NCBI RefSeq assembly: GCF_003355495.1
Contig: NZ_CP031337.1
Coordinates: 1,576,875-1,600,874, forward strand
Length of the DNA: 24,000 nucleotides
DNA from: Crenobacter cavernae
Lineage (GTDB): Bacteria > Pseudomonadota > Gammaproteobacteria > Burkholderiales > Chromobacteriaceae
Reading direction: 5' to 3'
Position numbers and translations under genes: made by a program. The notes beneath the pieces were generated by a model. The model made no database searches. It had not been told where the DNA came from and saw only the letters and a list, made by a program, of their open reading frames with translations. Positions 16,611 to 23,468 of this stretch are shown here, piece by piece. How positions within the stretch are numbered: position 1 is the first letter of the stretch; each line of letters opens with the position of its first letter.

Positions 16611-16891
16611 GTCAACTACCCCGGCCTTCAGGCCGGAGCTTGCTGAAAGTCGAGCTGGGTTGACCAGGGAGAGCGGTTCACGCCGCTACGTTTGCAACAG
16701 GTCGTTGAGACCCACTTCGGGATGCTTCCTCAGTCCCGAACCCTGGAAGGACGGGATCATGCTGGCGAAAGGGAAAGCGCCGAAGGTTCTGTCCGCCGCG
16801 ACAGCGGGAGCCGGTTGCAGACATTCCCGAGGGGAGCGGTTCTTCGGAACCCGTTACCAGGCCCGTAAGGGCAACCACAGGAGAAATCGCC
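16611..16891 (+). ncRNA. Candidate IscB omega RNA (guide plus scaffold); 5' boundary uncertain
   Basis: About 280 nt of non-coding sequence immediately 5' of iscB, dense in hairpins: 16621-16636 (CCGGCC/GGCCGG), 16672-16687, 16734-16756 (TCCCG/CGGGA), 16789-16804 (CTGTC/GACAG), a UUCG tetraloop hairpin at 16838-16851, and a GUAA (GNRA) tetraloop hairpin at 16861-16872. A possible pseudoknot pairs CCAGGG 16664-16669 with CCCTGG 16741-16746. The position matches the known IscB locus layout. Confidence 0.55.
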
Positions 16892-18226
16892 ATGGCGGTT
16901 TTGGTACTCAACAAGCAGGGCAAGCCGCTGATGCCGTGCAGCGAAAAGCGAGCCAGGCTGCTTCTGGAGCGCGGTCGTGCCGTGGTACATCGGCAGATGC
17001 CGTTCACCATCCGGCTGAAACACCGGATCGACGGCGCAGTGCAACCGCTGCGGCTCAAGCTCGATCCCGGTAGTCGCATCACCGGACTGGCGCTGGTGCG
17101 CGAAGTGGAAACGGTCGATGTCGAGACTGGCGAGGTGCGGCGCGAAGCGCACCCGCTGCTGCTGGCGGAGTTGCAGCAGCGCGGTGCCAGCATCCGCGAC
17201 GCACTGACCCAGCGGGCCGCCTTTCGCCGGCGGCGCCGCAGTCAGCTGCGCTACCGCGCCGCGCGCTTCCTCAACCGCACCAGGCCGAAAGGCTGGCTGG
17301 CACCTTCGCTACGCCATCGCGTCGCTACCGCGCAGGCGTGGGTGACGCGGCTGCGCCGGCTCGCGCCGGTCACTGCCTTGAGCATGGAGTCGGTGCGCTT
17401 TGACATGCAGCAGCTGCTCAACCCGGAAATCTCCGGGGTCGAGTATCAGCAGGGCGCGTTGCTGGGCTATGAGGTGCGCGAGTACCTGCTGGAGAAGTGG
17501 GGCAGGCAGTGCGCCTACTGCGGCACGGGCAACGTACCGCTGCAAGTCGAGCACATCCAGCCCAAGGCCAAGGGCGGCAGCAATCGCGTCAGCAACCTGA
17601 CGCTGGCCTGTCGGCAATGCAACGAGAAAAAGGGCAAGCGCGACGTGCGCGACTTTCTGGCCCACGCCCCGCAGCGGCTGGCCAGGATTCTGGTGCAGGC
17701 CACGGCCCCGTTGCGCGACGCCGCCGCAGTGAACAGCACGCGCCGCGCCTTGTACCGGGTCTTGGCCGCCACTGGCCTGCCGGTCGAAGCCAGCAGCGGC
17801 GGCCGGACCAAGTACAACCGCCACCTTCACCACATTCCCAAGACGCACTGCCTCGATGCGTTGTGTGTCGGCCAGGTCGATGCTGTCGGCCGGTGGCAGC
17901 GCCCGGTACTGGCGATAAAAGCCTGTGGGCGCGGTAGCTACCAGCGCACCCTACTGGACAAGTACGGCTTCCCGCGCGGCTACCTGACCCGGCAGAAACG
18001 CCACTTCGGTTTCCAGACTGGCGATCGGGTGCGAGCCATCGTGCCGAGCGGCAAGAATGTCGGCACCCATGTGGGCCGGGTCGCCGTCAGAAGCAGAGGC
18101 AGCTTCAACATCCAGACCCCAGCAGGCGTTGTTCAAGACATCAGCCACCGCCACTGCTCGCTGATCCAGCGGGCCGACGGCTATGGCTACTGTCATCAAC
18201 CGGCCGTTCGAGAAAGGAATGCGTGA
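16892..18226 (+). CDS. iscB: IscB, an OMEGA-type RNA-guided DNA endonuclease (Cas9 ancestor; split RuvC with inserted HNH)
   Basis: PLMP domain (NKQGKPLMPCSEKRARLL). RuvC-I LKLDPGSRITGLAL. Arg-rich bridge helix AFRRRRRSQLRYRAARFLNR. RuvC-II SMESVRFD. HNH CAYCG..PLQVEHIQPKAKGGSNRVSNLTLACRQCNEKKG. RuvC-III KTHCLDALCVG. C-terminal TAM-interaction-like domain FGFQTGDRVRA...GRVAVRSRGSFNIQT. AGGAGA lies 7 nt upstream of the ATG. Confidence 0.92.
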   Translation: MAVLVLNKQGKPLMPCSEKRARLLLERGRAVVHRQMPFTIRLKHRIDGAVQPLRLKLDPGSRITGLALVREVETVDVETGEVRREAHPLLLAELQQRGASIRDALTQRAAFRRRRRSQLRYRAARFLNRTRPKGWLAPSLRHRVATAQAWVTRLRRLAPVTALSMESVRFDMQQLLNPEISGVEYQQGALLGYEVREYLLEKWGRQCAYCGTGNVPLQVEHIQPKAKGGSNRVSNLTLACRQCNEKKGKRDVRDFLAHAPQRLARILVQATAPLRDAAAVNSTRRALYRVLAATGLPVEASSGGRTKYNRHLHHIPKTHCLDALCVGQVDAVGRWQRPVLAIKACGRGSYQRTLLDKYGFPRGYLTRQKRHFGFQTGDRVRAIVPSGKNVGTHVGRVAVRSRGSFNIQTPAGVVQDISHRHCSLIQRADGYGYCHQPAVRERNA

Positions 18227-18246
18227 GCAGGCAACGGCCACCGCCT

Positions 18247-18294
18247 CGACGCCTGGGGCGTCGGCGCTCTACCTCCCCGCCATGAATGGCGGGG
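18247..18294 (+). repeat. Two hairpins just 3' of iscB, putative right-end subterminal structures
   Basis: CGACGCC-TGG-GGCGTCG (18247-18263) and CCCCGCC-ATGAAT-GGCGGGG (18275-18294), followed by TTT. Confidence 0.45.
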
Positions 18295-18451
18295 TTTCAC
18301 GCGCAGACTGATGATGTTCGATACCTCGGTGCCGATGCCGAGCAACATCAAGCTGCTGCGCGAGCACGCCGCCGTGCTGCTGCCCTATCTATCCGACGCC
18401 GAGGCGCGGCGCCAGCGAAGAAGCCGAACCGGTGAATGATTTGGAGACACT

Positions 18452-19138
18452 TTGAGCGAACAGAAAAGGCGCGACGCGTTCGAGGCATGGGCGAACGAGC
18501 ATATGGGGTTGCATGGGCTCGACCGGTGCGCGCTCGGCGGTTATCTGGACAACGCCGTCCACGACGCATGGTGCGCGTGGGCCGCCGCGCTCGCCACGCT
18601 GGCTGACCGGCGCAGCGACGAGGTCGAGCCGCCGACCGTGCCGGACTTCGAGACGCTGGTCTGCGAGCTGTACCAGGTGCTCGGCGCACTGGACGCGCCA
18701 CAGGCGGTGCTGGACCAGGTGTGGGCCGCGATCGAAGGCGAGCCGTTGCCGCATGCGACGCGGCTGCCGTTCGAGGCGCCGGTGGTCGAGCCCGACGCCG
18801 CGCTGATCGCCGCCGCCGACAACGCGCTGCGCTTCATCGCGGCTACGCACGGCGTCGCCGGCGAACCGCCGGTCGCCGGGATCGCACTGACGGCCTACGC
18901 GCTCGCCGGTGCGCTGGCGAAGTACAAGACGGTGGAAGGACGGGAAGCGGACCGGCGCATGGCCGAGCAGATTGCCGACTCCATCACGCCCGCGCCGCGT
19001 CAGGTGAAGTACGCCGACTGGCGGCGCGAGCACGCCGCGCGCGTAGCGGCCGAGGCGAGATTGGCCGAGGTGGCGCGCGAGCAGGCGGCCGCAAAGCGTG
19101 AAGCGAGCAACATCGCCATGCAGCCGCCGGCCGAGTAG
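18452..19138 (+). CDS. Hypothetical protein (228 aa, island-borne, high GC)
   Basis: TTG start with GGAGA 4 nt upstream; an alternative ATG lies at codon 18. Good GC3 bias. Ala/Glu-rich C-terminal helix. No recognisable motif. Confidence 0.55.
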   Translation: MSEQKRRDAFEAWANEHMGLHGLDRCALGGYLDNAVHDAWCAWAAALATLADRRSDEVEPPTVPDFETLVCELYQVLGALDAPQAVLDQVWAAIEGEPLPHATRLPFEAPVVEPDAALIAAADNALRFIAATHGVAGEPPVAGIALTAYALAGALAKYKTVEGREADRRMAEQIADSITPAPRQVKYADWRREHAARVAAEARLAEVAREQAAAKREASNIAMQPPAE

Positions 19139-19320
19139 AGCCGCGTGAAATAGCCGGCGCCATAGAACTTTTTGGCATAACTGGCGCTAACCGGCCGGCG
19201 GGACACTCCGCCGGCTACGAGGTGCTCAGAGAGAGGTGCGCTTCATTGATTCGAACCAGATCCAGTGAGGGGGCGGGCGAGAGCAAAGGCCCACCTTAAG
19301 GCCGTCTGGTAAACGATCAA

Positions 19321-19356
19321 TTTCCGGTCTTGTCGGGGCGTGTGTCGGGGCGTGAG
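19321..19356 (+). repeat. Island-end repeat containing tandem 12-mers TGTCGGGGCGTG x2, a putative integrase arm-type site (right arm)
   Basis: Matches 9096-9131 at 35/36 positions. The 12-mers lie at 19331-19342 and 19343-19354, ~55 nt from the tRNA 3' end. Confidence 0.6.
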
Positions 19357-19366
19357 GCCCTGAGAC

Positions 19367-19400
19367 GGAAAAGGGCTTGCGTTCATGTACGCAAGCCCTT
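19367..19400 (-). terminator. Rho-independent terminator of tRNA-Arg, encoded on the island side of the att core
   Basis: 11-bp perfect stem AAGGGCTTGCG (19371-19381) / CGCAAGCCCTT (19390-19400). On the minus strand it is followed by TTTTCC. Lies 8 nt downstream of the tRNA CCA end. Confidence 0.55.
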
Positions 19401-19408
19401 GAATTTGT

Positions 19409-19485
19409 TGGCGCACCCGACAGGGATCGAACCTGTGACCTTCAGTTTCGGAAACTGACACTCTATCCAACTGAGCTACGGATGC
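19409..19485 (-). tRNA. tRNA-Arg (anticodon CCG), 77 nt with encoded CCA
   Basis: The reverse complement folds by hand as GCATCCG-TA-GCTC-AGTTGGATA-GAGT-G-TCAGT-TTCCGAA-ACTGA-AGGTC-ACAGG-TTCGATC-CCTGT-CGGGTGC-G-CCA. All four stems pair (two G-U pairs). The anticodon loop reads UU-CCG-AA. Confidence 0.95.
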
Positions 19486-19502
19486 GCGATAGAACGGGAA
19501 AG

Positions 19503-19532
19503 ATCATACGCTAATTTGCATGACCGCGTCCA
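19503..19532 (-). promoter_or_regulatory. Possible sigma70 promoter for tRNA-Arg
   Basis: Minus strand reads TGGACG (19527-19532), 18-nt spacer, TATGAT (19503-19508), ~17 nt upstream of tRNA position 1. Confidence 0.35.
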
Positions 19533-19543
19533 GCGTGCGGCTT

Positions 19544-19572
19544 TTGCCTTGCCTGCCCCGTTTCCGTATAAT
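19544..19572 (+). promoter_or_regulatory. Sigma70-type promoter for the cytochrome c gene
   Basis: TTGCCT (19544-19549), exactly 17-nt spacer, consensus TATAAT (19567-19572), ~50 nt upstream of the ATG at 19623. Confidence 0.55.
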
Positions 19573-19622
19573 TTGCCCCATTTTGATGTATTTACGGTTC
19601 TATTCTCAGGCGAGGCTCTCAG

Positions 19623-20366
19623 ATGAGTAACGAAAACCAGGCGGCTGGTGCGCCCTTGAAAGCGGTAGTCGGCATCATTGTATTTCTGGCGGTGGCCATT
19701 TATCTCTTGGCCAAGCTGGCGACCAGCGGCTTCCAGATCGATGCGCAGGTGATGACCAAAGAAGCAGTGGCCGCGCGCCTGAAGCCGGCCGGCGATTCGG
19801 TCGCGAGCGACGCGCCGCCGGGACAGCGTAGCGGCGAGCAGGTGTACACGGCCGTGTGTATCTCCTGTCACGGCACCGGCCTCGCCGGTTCGCCGAAGTT
19901 CGGCGACGCCGGCGCCTGGGGCGCGCGCATCGCGCAGGGCTTCGACACGCTGTCCAAGCACGCGCTCGAGGGCCTCAACGCGATGCCGGCCAAGGGCGGT
20001 TCGCCCGACCTGTCCGACGACGAAGTGAAGCGCGCGGTCGCCTATATGGGCAACTCGGCCGGCGCCAAGTTCACCGAGCCGGCCGTCGGCGGCGCGGCGG
20101 GCGGCGAGGGCGCGGCAGCCGATCCGAACACCGTCGGCAAGAAGATCTACGAGAGCATCTGCGTGGCCTGCCACGCGTCGGGTGCCGCCGGCGCGCCGAA
20201 GTTCGGCGACAAGGCCGCCTGGGCGCCGCGCCTGAAGGACGGCGTCGACGCCGTGTTCAATAATGCCAAGAAAGGCCTGAACGCGATGCCGCCGAAGGGC
20301 GGCTTCACCGGCAGCGACGACGAGTTCAAGGCCGCCGTGACCTACCTGGCCAATTCGGCCAAGTAA
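19623..20366 (+). CDS. Membrane-anchored dihaem c-type cytochrome (cytochrome c5 family)
   Basis: N-terminal TM helix AVVGIIVFLAVAIYLLAKLA. Two CXXCH haem motifs (CISCH, CVACH), each followed by GxPKFGD and LNAMPxKGG. The protein is an internally duplicated c5 domain. Confidence 0.88.
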   Translation: MSNENQAAGAPLKAVVGIIVFLAVAIYLLAKLATSGFQIDAQVMTKEAVAARLKPAGDSVASDAPPGQRSGEQVYTAVCISCHGTGLAGSPKFGDAGAWGARIAQGFDTLSKHALEGLNAMPAKGGSPDLSDDEVKRAVAYMGNSAGAKFTEPAVGGAAGGEGAAADPNTVGKKIYESICVACHASGAAGAPKFGDKAAWAPRLKDGVDAVFNNAKKGLNAMPPKGGFTGSDDEFKAAVTYLANSAK

Positions 20367-20382
20367 TCCGCGCCGCAGTCGG

Positions 20383-20421
20383 CATAAAAAAGCGCCTCCC
20401 GAGGGAGGCGCCTTTTTATGC
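20383..20421. terminator. Bidirectional rho-independent terminator between the convergent cytochrome c and rep genes
   Basis: GCATAAAAAAGCGCCTCCC-GA-GGGAGGCGCCTTTTTATGC: a GC-rich 9-bp stem (20392-20400 / 20403-20411) flanked by an A-run and a T-run. Confidence 0.75.
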
Positions 20422-20467
20422 CCGTCGAATCCGCGGGCGGGGCTCGGCCAACGTTGGCCGAGCGTGT

Positions 20468-22486
20468 TCAGCCCGTCTCACCCTTGCCCTTCAGCGCGTC
20501 GAGCGACGACAGCAGCGACGACAGCTTCGCGCGGCCCTCGCTCTTGGACACGATGGGCTCGGCGCCGGGACGGCCGAACAGGCGCACGTCGTCGGCGCCG
20601 ATCTCGGCGATGAAGCGCGACGGGTCGACGAACTGCCATTCGCCGGCGCGCTTCCTCTTCACGCAGTGGGTCAGCGTCAGCGAGCGTTGCGCGCGCGTGA
20701 TGCCGACGTACATCAGCCGTCGTTCCTCCTCGATCATGCCGTTGTCGACCGATTCGCTGTGCGGCAGGATGCCTTCCTCGCAGCCGACGAGGAAGACGTG
20801 CGGGTATTCGAGGCCCTTGCTCGCGTGCAGCGTCGACATCTTCACCGCGTCGACCTCGCTCTCGTCGCGGCCTTCGAGCATGGTGATCAGCGCGATCGTC
20901 TGCGCCAGCTCGATCACGTTCTTGCCGTCGGCCTCGCCCTTCTTCGCGAGCCAGCCGACCAGCTCCTGCACGTTCTTCCACTTGCTCTCGGCGGCGCGCG
21001 GGCTGTCTTCGGAGTCGAGCAGCCACGTCTCGTAGCCGATGTATTTCAGCAGCTCCTGCACCAGTTCGCCCGCCGGTTCGCGCCGCGCGCGCGATTCGAG
21101 GTTGACGATCAGCCGGCAGAAGTCGTCGAGCGCCTCGTGCTGCGCTATCTGGATCTGCCCGCGGAAGCCTTCCTCGGTCGCGGCGGCGAACAGGCTCTTC
21201 TGGCGCTGCCCGGCGTAGGCGCCGAGCTTTTCCAGCGAGACGTTGCCGACGCCGCGCTTCGGCGTCGTCAAGGAGCGGATGAAGGCCGGGTCGTCATCGG
21301 GGTTGGTGATTAGCCTTAGGTAGGACAGCACGTCCTTGATCTCGGCCTTGTCAAAGAAGCTCTGCCCGCCCGACATCTGGTAGGGGATCTTGTTGTTGCG
21401 CAGCACCTGCTCGAAGATGCGTGCCTGGTAGTTGCCGCGGTAGAGGATCGCGTAGTCGGCGAAGCGCGTGCGGCTTTCGAACTTGTGCGCCAGGAGGCGC
21501 TGCACGACGATTTCGGCCTCGTGCTCCTCGTCCTTGCACTGCACGACGTGGATCGGTTCGCCTAAGCCCAGCTCGCTCCACAGCTTCTTCTCGAACAGCT
21601 TAGGGTTGTTGCCGATCACCGAGTTGGCGGCGCGCAGGATGCGTGCGGTCGAGCGGTAGTTCTGTTCGAGCTTGATGATCTTGAGGCGGGGGAAGTCGAC
21701 CTGCAACAGCCGCAGGTTCTCGATGTTCGCGCCGCGCCACGCGTAGATCGACTGGTCGTCGTCGCCGACGGCGGTGAACATGCCGCGCACGCCGGCCAGC
21801 AGTTTTACCATCTGGTACTGGCAGGTGTTGGTGTCCTGGTACTCGTCGATCAGCAGGTAACGCAGCTTGCCCTGCCACTTGGACAGCACCGCGTCGTCGC
21901 TGCGGAAGAGTTGCACCGGCAGGCGGATCAGGTCGTCGAAGTCGACCGCCTGGTAGGCGAGCAAAGTGTCCTGGTACGACAGGTAGGCACGCGCGCACAC
22001 CTGTTCGAACGCGTTCTCGGCTTCGGTCAGGCAGGTCTCGGGCGCGCGAAAGTCGTTCTTCCACAGCGAGATCTGCGTCTGCACCTTGCGGATCTCGTCC
22101 TTGCTCGTGGTCTGGATCAGGTCGGCGACGATCTTGCCGGCGTCGTAGGCGTCGAGGATGGAAAACTGCGGCTTGTAACCGAGGTGGGCCGCTTCCTGGC
22201 GCAGGATCTGCATGCCGAGCGAGTGGAAGGTCGAGACGGTCAGGCCGCGCAGCTCGGACGCGGGCAACAGCTTGCCGACGCGTTCCATCATCTCGCGCGC
22301 CGCCTTGTTGGTGAAGGTGATCGCGGCGATGTTGCGCGCGTTCATGCCGCCTTCGCGGATCAGATGGGCGATCTTCTGCGTGATGACGCGCGTCTTGCCG
22401 CTGCCGGCGCCGGCCAGCACCAAGAGCGGGCCGTCGAGATACTGGATCGCCGCGCGCTGCGGGGGGTTGAGTTGCGGCAGGGACAT
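20468..22486 (-). CDS. rep: ATP-dependent DNA helicase Rep (UvrD/Rep SF1)
   Basis: MSLPQLNPPQRAAIQYLDGPLLVLAGAGSGKTRVITQKIAHLI, AITFTNKAAREM, YLLIDEYQDTN, GDDDQSIYAWRGA, LEQNYRS, and LSTLHASKGLEYPHVFLVG...YVGITRA are collinear with E. coli Rep as recalled from memory. The alternative start ATG 22507 adds 7 codons. The track start at 22606 is unlikely. Confidence 0.93.
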   Translation of the reverse strand: MSLPQLNPPQRAAIQYLDGPLLVLAGAGSGKTRVITQKIAHLIREGGMNARNIAAITFTNKAAREMMERVGKLLPASELRGLTVSTFHSLGMQILRQEAAHLGYKPQFSILDAYDAGKIVADLIQTTSKDEIRKVQTQISLWKNDFRAPETCLTEAENAFEQVCARAYLSYQDTLLAYQAVDFDDLIRLPVQLFRSDDAVLSKWQGKLRYLLIDEYQDTNTCQYQMVKLLAGVRGMFTAVGDDDQSIYAWRGANIENLRLLQVDFPRLKIIKLEQNYRSTARILRAANSVIGNNPKLFEKKLWSELGLGEPIHVVQCKDEEHEAEIVVQRLLAHKFESRTRFADYAILYRGNYQARIFEQVLRNNKIPYQMSGGQSFFDKAEIKDVLSYLRLITNPDDDPAFIRSLTTPKRGVGNVSLEKLGAYAGQRQKSLFAAATEEGFRGQIQIAQHEALDDFCRLIVNLESRARREPAGELVQELLKYIGYETWLLDSEDSPRAAESKWKNVQELVGWLAKKGEADGKNVIELAQTIALITMLEGRDESEVDAVKMSTLHASKGLEYPHVFLVGCEEGILPHSESVDNGMIEEERRLMYVGITRAQRSLTLTHCVKRKRAGEWQFVDPSRFIAEIGADDVRLFGRPGAEPIVSKSEGRAKLSSLLSSLDALKGKGETG

Positions 22487-22649
22487 GGCGGTATCGTCAG
22501 GCGTCATTCGGGGGGAGCGTGCATTGTAACACCGTGGCCCGGCCGGCCCCGGGCGGACGCGTGCGAGCGTAATGACGGCCGGGTCGAGTATCATGGCCGA
22601 AAGCAAAGGCTATCGGACGCGCTTTGCCTTTCAGAGGAATCCAAACACT

Positions 22650-23468
22650 ATGGCCACCTATGCGATCGGCGATATCCAGGGCTGCTACGACCCGTTCCAG
22701 CAATTGTTGCGCGAGATCGACTTCCAGGCCGGGCGCGACACGCTGTGGCTGACCGGCGACCTCGTCAACCGCGGCCCCGAGTCACTGGAAGTCCTGCGCT
22801 GGGTCTACCGCCACCAGGACTGCGTCGAGATGGTGCTCGGCAACCACGACCTGCACCTGTTGGCGGTCGCCGAGGGCTTCGGCAAGTCGCACGCCGACGA
22901 CACGCTGCTCGACATCCTCAACGCCGCCGACGGCAAGCTCCTGCTCGACTGGCTGCGCTGCCAGCCGATGATGATCGCGACCGAAGGCGCGGCGATGGTG
23001 CACGGCGGGCTCTTGCCCGAATGGAGCATCGCCAAGGCGATGCGGCTGGCCGCCGAAGTCGAATCGGCATTGTCCGGCCCGCATCACAGGCAATTCCTGT
23101 CGCGGCTCTACGGCAACAAGCCGACGCGCTGGAGCGAAGACTTGAGAGGCATGGACCGGTTGCGGCTCATCGTCAACGCGATGACGCGGATGCGCATGGT
23201 GACGCGCGACGGCGAGATCGATCTCACGTTCAAGGGGGAAAGGGAAGACGCGCCACCGAACCTCGTGCCGTGGTTCGAAGCGCCGAACCGCAAGAGTGCC
23301 GGTACGCCCATCGTCTGCGGTCACTGGTCGGCGCTGGGGCTGATGCTGACCGACGACGTGTGGGCGATCGACACCGGCTGCCTGTGGGGCGGCAGCCTTA
23401 CCGCGCTTCGGCTCGAAGATCTTCAGGCGTTCTCTCTGCCGTGCCGGGCAAATCGGACGATCGCGTAA
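22650..23468 (+). CDS. apaH: Bis(5'-nucleosyl)-tetraphosphatase, symmetrical (ApaH)
   Basis: MATYAIGDIQGCYDPFQQLL...DTLWLTGDLVNRGPESLEVLR...LGNHDLHLL...GHW...DTGCLWGG matches the metallophosphatase motifs and E. coli ApaH end to end. AGAGGA lies 11 nt upstream of ATG 22650. Confidence 0.93.
   Translation: MATYAIGDIQGCYDPFQQLLREIDFQAGRDTLWLTGDLVNRGPESLEVLRWVYRHQDCVEMVLGNHDLHLLAVAEGFGKSHADDTLLDILNAADGKLLLDWLRCQPMMIATEGAAMVHGGLLPEWSIAKAMRLAAEVESALSGPHHRQFLSRLYGNKPTRWSEDLRGMDRLRLIVNAMTRMRMVTRDGEIDLTFKGEREDAPPNLVPWFEAPNRKSAGTPIVCGHWSALGLMLTDDVWAIDTGCLWGGSLTALRLEDLQAFSLPCRANRTIA

Larger units (their letters stand above)
16611..18300 (+). mobile_element. Non-autonomous IS200/IS605-type IscB element (omega RNA plus iscB, no tnpA); boundaries approximate
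   Basis: Similar subterminal hairpins at both ends: CTACCCCGGCC-TTCA-GGCCGG (16615-16636) and CTACCTCCCCGCC-ATGAAT-GGCGGGG (18271-18294). They enclose a structured leader and iscB. No Y1 transposase ORF is present. Confidence 0.5.
8930..19455. mobile_element. ~10.5 kb integrative genomic island in tRNA-Arg(CCG), a decayed P4/PICI-like integrase-AlpA-Rep element
   Basis: Bounded by a 47-nt direct repeat (8930-8976 and 19409-19455, one mismatch) that equals the 3' half of the tRNA. Has an integrase at one end and matching arm-type repeats inside both ends. Composition is patchy, with visibly more AT-rich stretches at ~10.7-11.6 kb and ~14.7-16.3 kb. Confidence 0.85.

Noticed and set aside
16660-17073. 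137-aa plus-strand ORF covering the iscB leader and the 5' end of iscB
   Set aside because: It is out of frame with iscB, Arg/Gly-rich and has no RBS. The region is better explained as structured RNA plus the iscB N-terminus.
19243-19275. GGTTCGAATC (T-loop-like, minus strand) near the right island end, considered as another tRNA/tmRNA remnant or nested att site
   Set aside because: The flanking bases do not form a T-stem or an acceptor stem, and no matching repeat occurs elsewhere in the window.
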